Part shown: positions 35,123 through 44,805 of the stretch, piece by piece
Numbering within the stretch: the first letter of the stretch is position 1
How the letters are laid out: each line of letters starts with the position of its first letter
The notes under the pieces: generated by a model
What the model saw: only the letters and a program-made list of their open reading frames with translations
Told to the model about the DNA's origin: nothing
Database searches by the model: none
Translations under genes and position numbers: made by a program
Source: Halarcobacter sp.
Lineage (GTDB): Bacteria > Campylobacterota > Campylobacteria > Campylobacterales > Arcobacteraceae
Assembly: GCA_048571215.1 (NCBI GenBank)
Contig: CP182352.1
Span: 3,296,001 to 3,360,000, forward strand
Reading direction: 5' to 3'
DNA: 64,000 nt

Positions 35123-35898
35123 AATATGTACTTGAAATAGAAAGTGTTTCTAAGTTTTTCCATGGTTTAGTTGCAATAGATGATTTAACTATCAAAGTTA
35201 AGCCAGGTCAAATTTATGGGATTATTGGTCCAAATGGGGCAGGTAAAACTACACTATTTAACTGTGTAACTGGTATTTATAATCCTGAAAAAGGAACTAT
35301 TAAATATAAAGGTGAAGATATAACAGGTATGCAGCCTCATAAGATTGCCCAAAGGGGAGTTTTAAGAACATTCCAAAATATTAGACTTTTTAAAGAGATG
35401 AGTGTTGCTGAAAATATTATGGCAGGTTGTCACACAAAGTCAAATCAAAAGTGGTACCATGCGATAGTTCACACACCAGCTTATAGAAAAGATGAAATGA
35501 AACATTGGAAAAAAGTTGAAGAACTTATGGAGTTTTTTAATTTGACCAAGTTTGCTATGATTCCCACAGGTGACTTATCTTATGGGGTTCAAAGAAAAGT
35601 TGAGATGGCAAGAGCACTTGCAGCTGAACCTGAACTTCTAATCTTAGATGAACCAGCAGCTGGGCTTAATGAAAATGAGACTATTGAATTAACTGGTATT
35701 ATCCAAAGAATTAAAGAGATGGGTCTTGGGATTATGATGATTGAGCATGATATGGATATGGTAATGAATCTTACTGATTATATTACTGTTATTAACTTTG
35801 GGAAAGAGATTTCTCAAGGTGAACCAAGTTTTGTTCAAAATGATCCAAATGTTATAGAAGCATATATTGGTTCAGATGATGATGAGGAGGATGCGTAA
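35119..35898 (+). CDS. livG: Liv-type ABC ATPase
   Basis: GPNGAGKTT, RTFQNIRLF, LSYG, LDEPAAG, EAYIG. Confidence 0.93.
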   Translation: MKYVLEIESVSKFFHGLVAIDDLTIKVKPGQIYGIIGPNGAGKTTLFNCVTGIYNPEKGTIKYKGEDITGMQPHKIAQRGVLRTFQNIRLFKEMSVAENIMAGCHTKSNQKWYHAIVHTPAYRKDEMKHWKKVEELMEFFNLTKFAMIPTGDLSYGVQRKVEMARALAAEPELLILDEPAAGLNENETIELTGIIQRIKEMGLGIMMIEHDMDMVMNLTDYITVINFGKEISQGEPSFVQNDPNVIEAYIGSDDDEEDA

Positions 35899-36620
35899 TG
35901 GTTGATCATGAAATATTATTAGAGATAAAAGACCTCCATGTATCATATGGAGCAATTGCTGCTATAAAAGGGATTGATATTCAAGTTAAAAGGGGTGAAG
36001 TTGTTACAATTTTAGGAGCAAATGGTGCTGGTAAAACTACAACCTTAAGAACTATATCTGGATTATTACAATCAAAATCAGGAAGTATCATTTTTGATAA
36101 AAATGATATTACAAATACCCCAGCTCATGATATTGTATCTTTAGGAATGGCTCATTCTCCAGAAGGAAGAAGAGTTTTTGGAACTTTGAGCGTTGAAGAA
36201 AATCTTATGATGGGGGCATATACATTAAAAGATCATGATAAGGAGACATTAGACTGGATTTATGACATCTTACCAAGGTTAAAAGAAAGAAGAAAACAAC
36301 TTGCTGGTACTTTAAGTGGTGGCGAGCAACAAATGCTTGCCATAGGTAGAGCAATTATGTCAAAACCAAAACTTTTGATTTTGGATGAGCCAAGTCTTGG
36401 ATTAGCACCAATTTTGATTAAAGCAATTTTCAAAGCGGTTAAAGAGATATCTTTAAGTGGTGTTACTGTGTTGTTAGTTGAACAAAATGCAAAGGCAGCT
36501 TTAAAACTAGCTGATAGAGCATATGTTTTAGAAGTTGGGAAAGTTACCCATCAAGGTACTTCTGAAGAGTTGTTAAATTCAAAAACAATTCAAGAAGCAT
36601 ATTTAGGAAAAAAACACTGA
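35898..36620 (+). CDS. livF: Liv-type ABC ATPase
   Basis: GANGAGKTT, LSGGEQQM, LDEPSLGLAP. Confidence 0.93.
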   Translation: MVDHEILLEIKDLHVSYGAIAAIKGIDIQVKRGEVVTILGANGAGKTTTLRTISGLLQSKSGSIIFDKNDITNTPAHDIVSLGMAHSPEGRRVFGTLSVEENLMMGAYTLKDHDKETLDWIYDILPRLKERRKQLAGTLSGGEQQMLAIGRAIMSKPKLLILDEPSLGLAPILIKAIFKAVKEISLSGVTVLLVEQNAKAALKLADRAYVLEVGKVTHQGTSEELLNSKTIQEAYLGKKH

Positions 36621-36786
36621 TATGAGACATAAGCGTAGATTACAATCAAAGGTACAAGATTTACATAAAGGCCAGGAAATCCTTAAATAAAGTAGCAAGA
36701 TAACTTAGTATTTGAGCACATTTAAAATGTGCTCTTACGCTACTTAAAATTAATTTAAAAGAACAATAAATTTTTAAGGACAATAC

Positions 36787-39700
36787 ATGAAAAATGAAAC
36801 AAAAATTATAGATTCAGCTATTGAATTAGCTGAAAAATGGCAAAATAGAGCAACACAACTGGTTAGTGACTTTGATAGAGAATTCTATGTAAAAATGAAC
36901 AAAATGCTTGATCATCCAAAAGATAAAGCACTTTTAATTGAGTTGATGGATCAGTGTTTTAGATGTAAATCAAATGATAGAGTAGCCAACCAAATTATTT
37001 TCTTACTTGAAAAACATGGTATGGCACATTTCTTTACTACAAAAGATAAAACACTTCTATGGTTATTCCAAAACTTTGGTAAATTTTTACCAAATCTTTC
37101 TGTTCCTATGTTTGTAAATCAAATAAGAGAAGATACAAAAACAGTTGTTATTAAAGGAGAAGATGAGCCTTTTAATAAACACTTAGTGATGAGAAAAAAA
37201 GAGGGTACTAGAGTTAATATTAACCTTATTGGTGAAGTTGTTCTTGGAGAAGAAGAAGCAAATGAACGAATTGAAAAATATTTAAAAGCTTTATCTAACC
37301 CAAATATTGATTATATCTCTATCAAAATATCAACTATCTATTCTCAAATAAATCCTTTGAATTTTGAGCATACAGTTCAAGTACTTGTTGAAAAACTAAC
37401 TAAAATTTATGAGCAAGCGATGAAATATCCTTATATCGCACCAGATGGAACAAAATCAAATAAATTTATTAATCTGGATATGGAAGAGTATAGAGACTTA
37501 GCTATTACTGTTGAGGTATTTAAAAGAACATTAGATAAACCACAGTTTAAAGATTTCTATGCTGGTATTGTATTACAAGCATATATTCCAGATTCATTTT
37601 TAGTACAAAAAGATTTATTAGCTTGGGCTAAAACAAGAGTTGAAAATGGTGGTTCTCCTATTAAGTTTAGACTTGTAAAAGGTGCTAATATGGAGATGGA
37701 AGAGACTGAAGCTAGTCAAAAACATTGGGAGATGGTTACTTACACTGATAAAAGTGATACAGACTCAAACTATAAAAGAATGGCAAGATTTGCTTTACAA
37801 TCAGAAAATGCTCCATTTATGCATATAGGAACTGCTTCTCATAACTTATTTGAATTAGCATTTGCTACAACTCTAGCAAAAGAGTATGATACAAGTAAAT
37901 ATCACACTTTAGAGATGTTAGAGGGGATGAGTGAAGCTGCAAGACTTGCTATTAATGAGATATCAAAATCTGTAATTTTATATGCACCAACGGCAGCAAA
38001 AGAACAATTTACAAATGCTATTGCATACTTAGTGAGAAGACTTGATGAAAATACAGGTCCAGATAACTTTATTAGATACTCTTTTGGTTTGACTGTTGGT
38101 TCAAAAGATTGGATAATGCAAAAAGAGCTATTTTTAAAATCTTTTGAAAATGAAAAAACATCTTTTGTTGGTTCTAAAAGAACACAAAATAGATTTGAAG
38201 AGAAATGGGAAGATTTTTCTAATTCATCTTATGATACAAAACAATACCATGCAGAAGCTGATACGGATTTTATTCTTCCTCAAAATCACGAATGGGCAAA
38301 AAGTATTGTAAAAAAATGGAAATTTACTAAAGATACTGAACATAAAACCACTCCAATAGTTGTTGGTGGAGAAGATTTAATTGAAGGTAGAAAAGTTATT
38401 GAAGCAATTGATAAATCACAATTAAAAGATGGGGTACTAGCAGGTAAGTTTGCAAATGCAAGTGCTAAAGATTTACAAAAAGCAGTAGAAGTGGCTCGTG
38501 CTGATGTTGATGGATGGAGAGATTTATCCCATGAACAAAGACATGAAATTTTAAAACAAGTGTCTATAAAAGTTCGAGAAAGAAGAGCAGACTTAATAGG
38601 AGTTGCAGCAGCAGAAGTAGGTAAAGTTTTTACAGAAACTGATGTAGAAGTTTCTGAAGCAGTTGATTTCTTAGAGTTTTATCCATATAGTGCACACTAT
38701 TTTGAAAAATATCAAAACTTAGAGTTTAGTGGAAAAGGTGTTGGTGTTGTAGTTCCACCTTGGAATTTCCCTGTTGCTATCCCATTGGGTGGTGTTGCTG
38801 CTTCATTAGCTGCTGGAAATACAGTAATAATCAAACCAGCATCAGCTGCAGCTTTAACAGCTTATGAGATGTGTAAATGTTTCTGGGATGGAGGTATTTC
38901 TAAAAATGTATTACAATTTGTTCCTTGTCCAGGAGCCCTTGCAGGTGAACATTTAATTGCAAATAAAGATGTTGATTTTGTGATTTTAACAGGTGGTGAA
39001 GATACAGCTGCAACTATGTTAAAAACAAGACCAGATCTATTATTAACAGCAGAAACTGGTGGAAAAGATGCAACTATTGTAACTAATATGGCAGATAGAG
39101 AACAAGCAATTAAAAATGTGTGTTTAAGTGCATTTAATAATTCTGGTCAAAAATGTTCTGCAACTTCACTTTTAGTTTTAGAAGAGGAAGTTTATAATGA
39201 TGAGTCATTTAAAAAAGCTTTAGTTGATACAGCTCGTTCTATGAGTGTTGGTTCTGTTTGGGATTTTAAAAATAAAATAGGTACCTTAGCAAACCCAGTA
39301 TCTGGAAACTTGAAAAAAGCTCTTGAAAGCTTAGAAAAAAATGAGAAGTGGTTACTAAAACCTGAGTATGCTGATGATAATGAATATATGTTAAAACCAG
39401 CAATTAAATGGGATGTAGATGAGGGTAACTTTATCCACAAAAATGAGCTTTTTGGTCCAGTACTTGCTGTAATGAAAGCAAAAAATTTAAAACATGCGGT
39501 TGATATTGTAAATTCAACTGGTTATGGGTTAACTTCTGGAATAGAATCATTAGATGAAAGAGAAGTTACATATTGGAAAGAAAACTTAAAAGCTGGTAAC
39601 CTTTATGTAAACAGAGGAACTACTGGGGCGATTGTTATTAGACAACCATTTGGTGGAATGGGAAAATCAGCAATTGGTGCAGGTAGAAAAGTTGGTATAT

Positions 39701-40359
39701 TTAATTATATCACTCAATTTGTTGAGTTTAAAGAAAAAGAGGCTCCAACAGTTTCAAGAAAATATAATAATGCATTAGTTCAATTTATTAATAAATGTAA
39801 AACAACACAAACTAATAAAGCAGAGTTTGAAAAATTAGAAAGTGCATTACAATCATATCTTGAAAATTATGCAAATGAATTTTCACAAGAAAAAGATTAT
39901 GCAAAAGTTAGAGGTGAAGATAACCACTTTAGATATATCCCTTTAAAAAATGTATTAATTAGAGTATCAAAAGATGATTCGATTTTTGAAGCAGTTTCTA
40001 GAATCTTAGCAGCAAAAGTTGCAGGTGTTCATTTTAGAGTTTCTGTAGATGAAAATAATGAAATAAAAGCATTTTTAGAAAGTGCAAAAGGGGAACTATT
40101 TACTGCAAGAGATACTTTAGCTTATGAAGATGAAGCAGAGTTTATAAAAACAATAGCTTCTTATGAAAGGGTAATATATTCTGATATATCAAAAGTATCA
40201 CCAGAAGTATTTGCTGTAGCTGCTAAATCTTTAACATTTATAGTTAGACAAAAACCAATGATGGAAGGAAGACTTGAACTTCTAAACTACTTTATGGAAC
40301 AGTCTGTTTCTCACTCATTTCATAGATATGGGAATATTGGAGCAAGAGGTATTGAATAA
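36787..40359 (+). CDS. putA: Bifunctional proline dehydrogenase / P5C dehydrogenase (no N-terminal RHH)
   Basis: LDMEEY, RLVKGAN, SHN, AYLVRRLDEN; ALDH motifs PWNFP, ETGGK, SGQKCSA, ELFGP. Confidence 0.96.
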   Translation: MKNETKIIDSAIELAEKWQNRATQLVSDFDREFYVKMNKMLDHPKDKALLIELMDQCFRCKSNDRVANQIIFLLEKHGMAHFFTTKDKTLLWLFQNFGKFLPNLSVPMFVNQIREDTKTVVIKGEDEPFNKHLVMRKKEGTRVNINLIGEVVLGEEEANERIEKYLKALSNPNIDYISIKISTIYSQINPLNFEHTVQVLVEKLTKIYEQAMKYPYIAPDGTKSNKFINLDMEEYRDLAITVEVFKRTLDKPQFKDFYAGIVLQAYIPDSFLVQKDLLAWAKTRVENGGSPIKFRLVKGANMEMEETEASQKHWEMVTYTDKSDTDSNYKRMARFALQSENAPFMHIGTASHNLFELAFATTLAKEYDTSKYHTLEMLEGMSEAARLAINEISKSVILYAPTAAKEQFTNAIAYLVRRLDENTGPDNFIRYSFGLTVGSKDWIMQKELFLKSFENEKTSFVGSKRTQNRFEEKWEDFSNSSYDTKQYHAEADTDFILPQNHEWAKSIVKKWKFTKDTEHKTTPIVVGGEDLIEGRKVIEAIDKSQLKDGVLAGKFANASAKDLQKAVEVARADVDGWRDLSHEQRHEILKQVSIKVRERRADLIGVAAAEVGKVFTETDVEVSEAVDFLEFYPYSAHYFEKYQNLEFSGKGVGVVVPPWNFPVAIPLGGVAASLAAGNTVIIKPASAAALTAYEMCKCFWDGGISKNVLQFVPCPGALAGEHLIANKDVDFVILTGGEDTAATMLKTRPDLLLTAETGGKDATIVTNMADREQAIKNVCLSAFNNSGQKCSATSLLVLEEEVYNDESFKKALVDTARSMSVGSVWDFKNKIGTLANPVSGNLKKALESLEKNEKWLLKPEYADDNEYMLKPAIKWDVDEGNFIHKNELFGPVLAVMKAKNLKHAVDIVNSTGYGLTSGIESLDEREVTYWKENLKAGNLYVNRGTTGAIVIRQPFGGMGKSAIGAGRKVGIFNYITQFVEFKEKEAPTVSRKYNNALVQFINKCKTTQTNKAEFEKLESALQSYLENYANEFSQEKDYAKVRGEDNHFRYIPLKNVLIRVSKDDSIFEAVSRILAAKVAGVHFRVSVDENNEIKAFLESAKGELFTARDTLAYEDEAEFIKTIASYERVIYSDISKVSPEVFAVAAKSLTFIVRQKPMMEGRLELLNYFMEQSVSHSFHRYGNIGARGIE

Positions 40360-40380
40360 GAAGGGATTCCTTCTTATTCA
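40353..40380 (+). terminator. Hairpin after putA
   Basis: TGAATAAGAAGG-GATT-CCTTCTTATTCA. Confidence 0.65.
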
Positions 40381-40458
40381 AACTGTGTACTCTAATCAAC
40401 TATTAGTACCAACCCTTTTTGGTTAAATCGATAATCAATAATTTTATTAGGAAAAAAC

Positions 40459-42156
40459 ATGGAAATATGGATTATGATATTCATATGTTTATTTATTTTG
40501 ATATTTGCTTGGTATATCCATGACAAATATGTTCAAAGAAAACACCAGATATTGGTTAATTATCCAATAATTGGAAGATTAAGATTTGTGTTTCAAGAGT
40601 TTAGAGAGCCCTTTAGACAATATTTTGGTGATGAAAAGTTTTATGAATCTATGGATAAGCTGGATTGGGTTTATAGTGCTGCTAGGGACAAGGTAAACTT
40701 TTCTTCTTTTTCACCATCTCAACCACTTCCTAAACCAAAGTTTATGCTAAGACATACAAATATAGTACTTAATGAGAATGAGGTAGATAGTGATTTCTCT
40801 GTTGTTTTTGGAGAGAAAAGGGAAAAACCTTTTGTAAGTTCTTCAATAATAGGAAGAGGTCCTATGAGTGATGGTTCAATATCACCAGAAGGTACAAGAG
40901 CTTTTGTAGGTGGTTCTTTTTTAGGGAATTTCCCTATAAACTCAGGGGAGGGTGGTTTAACATCAAACTTTTTTGTTACCCATAATAATTATGATTCAAA
41001 ATATATAACAGAAGTTAGAGGAAACAATTTTGAACATAAGATTTTTAAATTAGCAAAAATATTTTTTAATGTACCCGTAGCAATTGACTTTTATAGAAAG
41101 ATGGTATTTAGAAAAGATCTTTTAGCAGATACTTATGTATTTAACAAAGAAAAAGAGTGTTTTTATAGACCTAATTGGGAAGCTCCACTTGAAAACTTCC
41201 CAGAAGATGTTCCCTCAGATATGCCAGACATCATCTTACAAATTAGTTCGGGCTTGTATGGAGTTAGAACAAAAGAGGGTGAGTTTGATATTGAGCGTTA
41301 CAAAAAACAGATGAGTTTTTGTCGTATGACAGAGATAAAAATAGCACAGGGTGCAAAACAAACTGGTGGAAAGCTCATAGCTGCAAAGGTAACACCTACA
41401 ATTGCATATTATAGAAATATTGAAGCACATAAAGATGCCTTTTCCCCAAATAGATTCCCTTATGCTAATACAAATGAGGAACTATTTGATTTTATTGGAG
41501 AGTTGCAAAAAGCTTCTAAGAAACCAGTAGGGATAAAGATTGTAATTTCAGATTATGATAATATTGTTCCCATTGCAAAAGAGATTAAAAGAAGAGTTGA
41601 ACTAAATCTTCCCTATCCAGATTATATCTCTATAGATGGTGGTAGTGGTGGAAGTGCAACAGCACCACTTGATATGATGGAAAGAATTGGTATGGATATT
41701 AGAGATGCTTTATATTTAGTTGACAAGGTGCTTAAAGATTATGGGGTTAGGGAACATGTAAAATTAAGTGCAAGTGGGAAAATCCTTACACCTGATGATA
41801 TTGTGATAATTCTTTGTTTGGGTGCAGATTTTGTACAAATAGCTAGAGGATTTATGATGAGTGCTGGATGTATTAGAGCAAGGTATTGTTCAGGGGCAAC
41901 AAAACATCAATGTCCAGTAGGACTTGCAACCCAAGATATCAAAAAAAGGAAACATTATTTTGTTAAAAAACATTCTGAGTATGTTAAAAACTATCATAAT
42001 AATGTTTTAAAAAGTATGAAGAGTTTATTAGCAGTTATGGGACTAAAAAATGTTAAAGATTTAAGTAAAGAAAAATTGATTTTCTTAGATAAAGATTCGA
42101 TTATACATGATGATATGGACTCTTTATTTGAAAGAAGAATCTTACTAAAAAAATAG
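40459..42156 (+). CDS. Membrane-anchored FMN-binding glutamate synthase family protein (FMN domain only)
   Basis: NYPIIGRLR, NSGEGG, EIKIAQGAK, IDGGSGG, ARGFM..GCI....C.....CPVGLATQD. Confidence 0.9.
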   Translation: MEIWIMIFICLFILIFAWYIHDKYVQRKHQILVNYPIIGRLRFVFQEFREPFRQYFGDEKFYESMDKLDWVYSAARDKVNFSSFSPSQPLPKPKFMLRHTNIVLNENEVDSDFSVVFGEKREKPFVSSSIIGRGPMSDGSISPEGTRAFVGGSFLGNFPINSGEGGLTSNFFVTHNNYDSKYITEVRGNNFEHKIFKLAKIFFNVPVAIDFYRKMVFRKDLLADTYVFNKEKECFYRPNWEAPLENFPEDVPSDMPDIILQISSGLYGVRTKEGEFDIERYKKQMSFCRMTEIKIAQGAKQTGGKLIAAKVTPTIAYYRNIEAHKDAFSPNRFPYANTNEELFDFIGELQKASKKPVGIKIVISDYDNIVPIAKEIKRRVELNLPYPDYISIDGGSGGSATAPLDMMERIGMDIRDALYLVDKVLKDYGVREHVKLSASGKILTPDDIVIILCLGADFVQIARGFMMSAGCIRARYCSGATKHQCPVGLATQDIKKRKHYFVKKHSEYVKNYHNNVLKSMKSLLAVMGLKNVKDLSKEKLIFLDKDSIIHDDMDSLFERRILLKK

Positions 42157-42176
42157 ATACAATTTTGTATCTATTT
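42151..42176 (+). terminator. Hairpin after glutamate-synthase-like gene
   Basis: AAATAGATACAA-TT-TTGTATCTATTT. Confidence 0.6.
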
Positions 42177-42270
42177 AAAAATAGTATGGTTTAACTTTAC
42201 TTATAAACTTTTATAGTTATTATTCTGAAATAATTATAAGATAGATAAATTAAGTGATAAAAGGTAAAAA

Positions 42271-43155
42271 ATGACAGATAAGTCAAAAAGTACAATCTTT
42301 GTACTTATATGTATAGCCCTATGGGCAATGATACCACCTGCTGCAAAGTTTGGGCAAACAAATCTAGATAATCACCAGTTTCTTTTTTATTCTAGTATTA
42401 TCTCTTTTGGATGTTTGTTTTTAACAACTTTGCTAAAAGGAAAGTTCTCCCATATAAAAGAGTATAAACCTAAAGAGTGGTTTTATGTCATAGTTTTAGG
42501 ATTGCTTGGAACTTATATTTATTATCTATTTTTATATTTAGGTTATAAAGAAGCAAAAGGTTTAGAGGTATTGGTTGTTCAGTATACTTGGCCTATTTTG
42601 ATTGTGGCTTTCTCTATGATTTTTTTAAAAGAGAAATTAACCATAAGAAAAGTTATAGCCTTAGTTTTAGGTTTTTTAGGAGTGGTAATTGTACTTACAA
42701 AAGGGGATTTGTCAAATATTCATATTGATAATTTAAAGGTGATATTTTTAGTATTTTTAGGGGCTTCATCTTTTGCCTTATATAGTGTATTGAGTAAAAA
42801 GATACATTTAGAACCAATAGGTGTAGTTAGTATCTATTTTCTAAGTGCAACTGTAGCTTCATTTTTTTCAATGTTGTATTTTTCAAGTTTTGCAATACCT
42901 AGTTTAAATGAATGGTTTCCAATCATTCTAAATGGAGTTTTATTAAATGGGTTTTCATATCTATTATGGCTAAATGCATTAAAGATGACAGAAGCTTCAT
43001 ATTTAGCCCCTTTTATATTTATCACACCTATATTGTCTGCAATTTATTTGGTTTTGTTATTTGATGAACCTGTATTGTTTGCCTATGTTATCGGTTTGGT
43101 GTGTGTTGTTTTAGCAGGCTTGGTCAATAGTATAAAAGTATCTAGAAAAATCTAG
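42271..43155 (+). CDS. DMT/EamA family transporter
   Basis: About 10 TM segments, VQYTWP and FIFITP; stop lies inside the left direct repeat. Confidence 0.9.
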   Translation: MTDKSKSTIFVLICIALWAMIPPAAKFGQTNLDNHQFLFYSSIISFGCLFLTTLLKGKFSHIKEYKPKEWFYVIVLGLLGTYIYYLFLYLGYKEAKGLEVLVVQYTWPILIVAFSMIFLKEKLTIRKVIALVLGFLGVVIVLTKGDLSNIHIDNLKVIFLVFLGASSFALYSVLSKKIHLEPIGVVSIYFLSATVASFFSMLYFSSFAIPSLNEWFPIILNGVLLNGFSYLLWLNALKMTEASYLAPFIFITPILSAIYLVLLFDEPVLFAYVIGLVCVVLAGLVNSIKVSRKI

Positions 43156-43177
43156 ATACTTTATATCAGATTTGATA
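43133..43177 (+). repeat. Left 45-bp direct repeat (island boundary)
   Basis: TAAAAGTATCTAGAAAAATCTAGATACTTTATATCAGATTTGATA; 44/45 identical to 59665-59709. Confidence 0.92.
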
Positions 43178-43215
43178 TTTTAAAGAATAAAAGCAAGAAC
43201 TTTTTTTTTATTATT

Positions 43216-43248
43216 TGCAAGGTTTATGACAGACTATAAATCTATAAT
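43216..43248 (+). promoter_or_regulatory. Island box 1 + -10 (usp promoter)
   Basis: TGCAAGGTTTATGACAG, 10 nt, TATAAT. Confidence 0.75.
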
Positions 43249-43277
43249 TCAATAAATCTTTCCATAAAGGATCATAA

Positions 43278-44126
43278 ATGAATTATAAGAAGTTGTTTTT
43301 CCCTATAGGTGGGGGTGATGAATTAGTAGAAAGATTGTATGGAGCTTTTTTGGTAGCTAAATACTTTAATACTAATTTAGAAATATTAAAATGTAGTTTT
43401 AATGCTAATAAAAATCTGTATAAATTGTTACCTCTACCAAAAGATGTTCTAGATAATATTAATGATGTTATTGATTCAAATTATGAAGATGAAAATTCAG
43501 AGTTTAAATCTATAATTGAACAAATCTCTAAAGACTTGGATGTTAAGATTGTAAAAAAAGCTTTGCATAATGAAGCTTCTGTAACAGTAAATATTAAACA
43601 AGGAATTAGAAGTACTTTAGTTGAAAATGAATCAAAATATTGTGATTTGGTTGTTGTAGCCGCTCCTCCATCAGGTATAACAACTGCCACTTTTGAAACA
43701 GCAATACTTAAAAGTGGTAAATCAATTCTGATGATTCCTAGAATCATGAGACAGTTTAGTTTGGACACAGTAATTATTGGTTGGAATAATTCACCAGAAT
43801 CTTCAAGAGCAATAACATCATCAATTGAGATATTAAAAAATGCACAAAAGGTACATATAGTATCATCTACAGAGTATTTAGAAGAAGAACACTCTATTGA
43901 AAAATTGATTGAGTATCTAAAAATTCATGAAATAAATGCGACTTATGAGATAGTAAAAACTACAAAAATCCCAGGTGAAGCTTTATTAAATGCTGCTTTA
44001 GATGGAGATTTTAATTTAATAGTTGCAGGTGCTTACGGACATAGAGGATTAAAAGAGCTTATGTTTGGTGGTGCTACTAGGTATTTACTTGAACATTCAT
44101 CAATACCAGTTTTTATGTCACATTAA
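43278..44126 (+). CDS. Universal stress protein (tandem USP)
   Basis: GWNNSPESSRAI, LIVAGAYGHRGLKELMFGGATRYLL..PVFMSH. Confidence 0.9.
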   Translation: MNYKKLFFPIGGGDELVERLYGAFLVAKYFNTNLEILKCSFNANKNLYKLLPLPKDVLDNINDVIDSNYEDENSEFKSIIEQISKDLDVKIVKKALHNEASVTVNIKQGIRSTLVENESKYCDLVVVAAPPSGITTATFETAILKSGKSILMIPRIMRQFSLDTVIIGWNNSPESSRAITSSIEILKNAQKVHIVSSTEYLEEEHSIEKLIEYLKIHEINATYEIVKTTKIPGEALLNAALDGDFNLIVAGAYGHRGLKELMFGGATRYLLEHSSIPVFMSH

Positions 44127-44146
44127 TATTATGTTAAAATACCATT

Positions 44147-44803
44147 ATGAAAATATTACTTTTAGAAGATAATGAAACATTAGCAAATGGTATTAATAGA
44201 AAACTCCAAGAGATTGGATATATAGTAGATTTTTTTTATAATGGAGAAGATGGTTTATATACATTAGAAACAGTAAAATATGATCTACTTATATTAGATT
44301 TAGGTCTTCCTGGAATTGATGGTATAGAAATTATAAAAAAATTAAGAAGTACAAAAAAAAATCTTCCAATACTTGTAATATCAGCAAGGGATAAATTAGA
44401 TCAAAGAATATTGGGTTTAGATACAGGAGCTGACGATTATTTATGTAAACCCTTTGAATTAGATGAGGTTGTTGCTAGAGTTAATGCCTTATTAAGAAGA
44501 AGTAATAATCAAGTAAGTAATATTATCAAGTATAATGATCTTGTATTTGATACTCAATCTTTAATACTAAAAAAAGAGAATGAAATTATAGAATTAAGTA
44601 AAAGAGAACTAAGAATTTTTGAATATCTTTTATTAAATCTAAATGCTATTATAAGCAAAGAAAATATTGTTGAACAAGTAACAACAGTTGATGATGAGTT
44701 CAATCCTACAGCTGTTGAGACATATATCTCAAGATTAAGAAAAAAACTAGGAAACTCTATTAACCTAAAAACTGTAAGAGGTTTAGGTTATATGTTAAGT
44801 TAA
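44147..44803 (+). CDS. OmpR-family response regulator, TctD-like
   Basis: LLEDN, ILDLGLPG, GADDYLCKPF, YISRLRKKL, TVRGLGY; adjacent to TTT genes. Confidence 0.88.
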   Translation: MKILLLEDNETLANGINRKLQEIGYIVDFFYNGEDGLYTLETVKYDLLILDLGLPGIDGIEIIKKLRSTKKNLPILVISARDKLDQRILGLDTGADDYLCKPFELDEVVARVNALLRRSNNQVSNIIKYNDLVFDTQSLILKKENEIIELSKRELRIFEYLLLNLNAIISKENIVEQVTTVDDEFNPTAVETYISRLRKKLGNSINLKTVRGLGYMLS

Positions 44804-44805
44804 CT

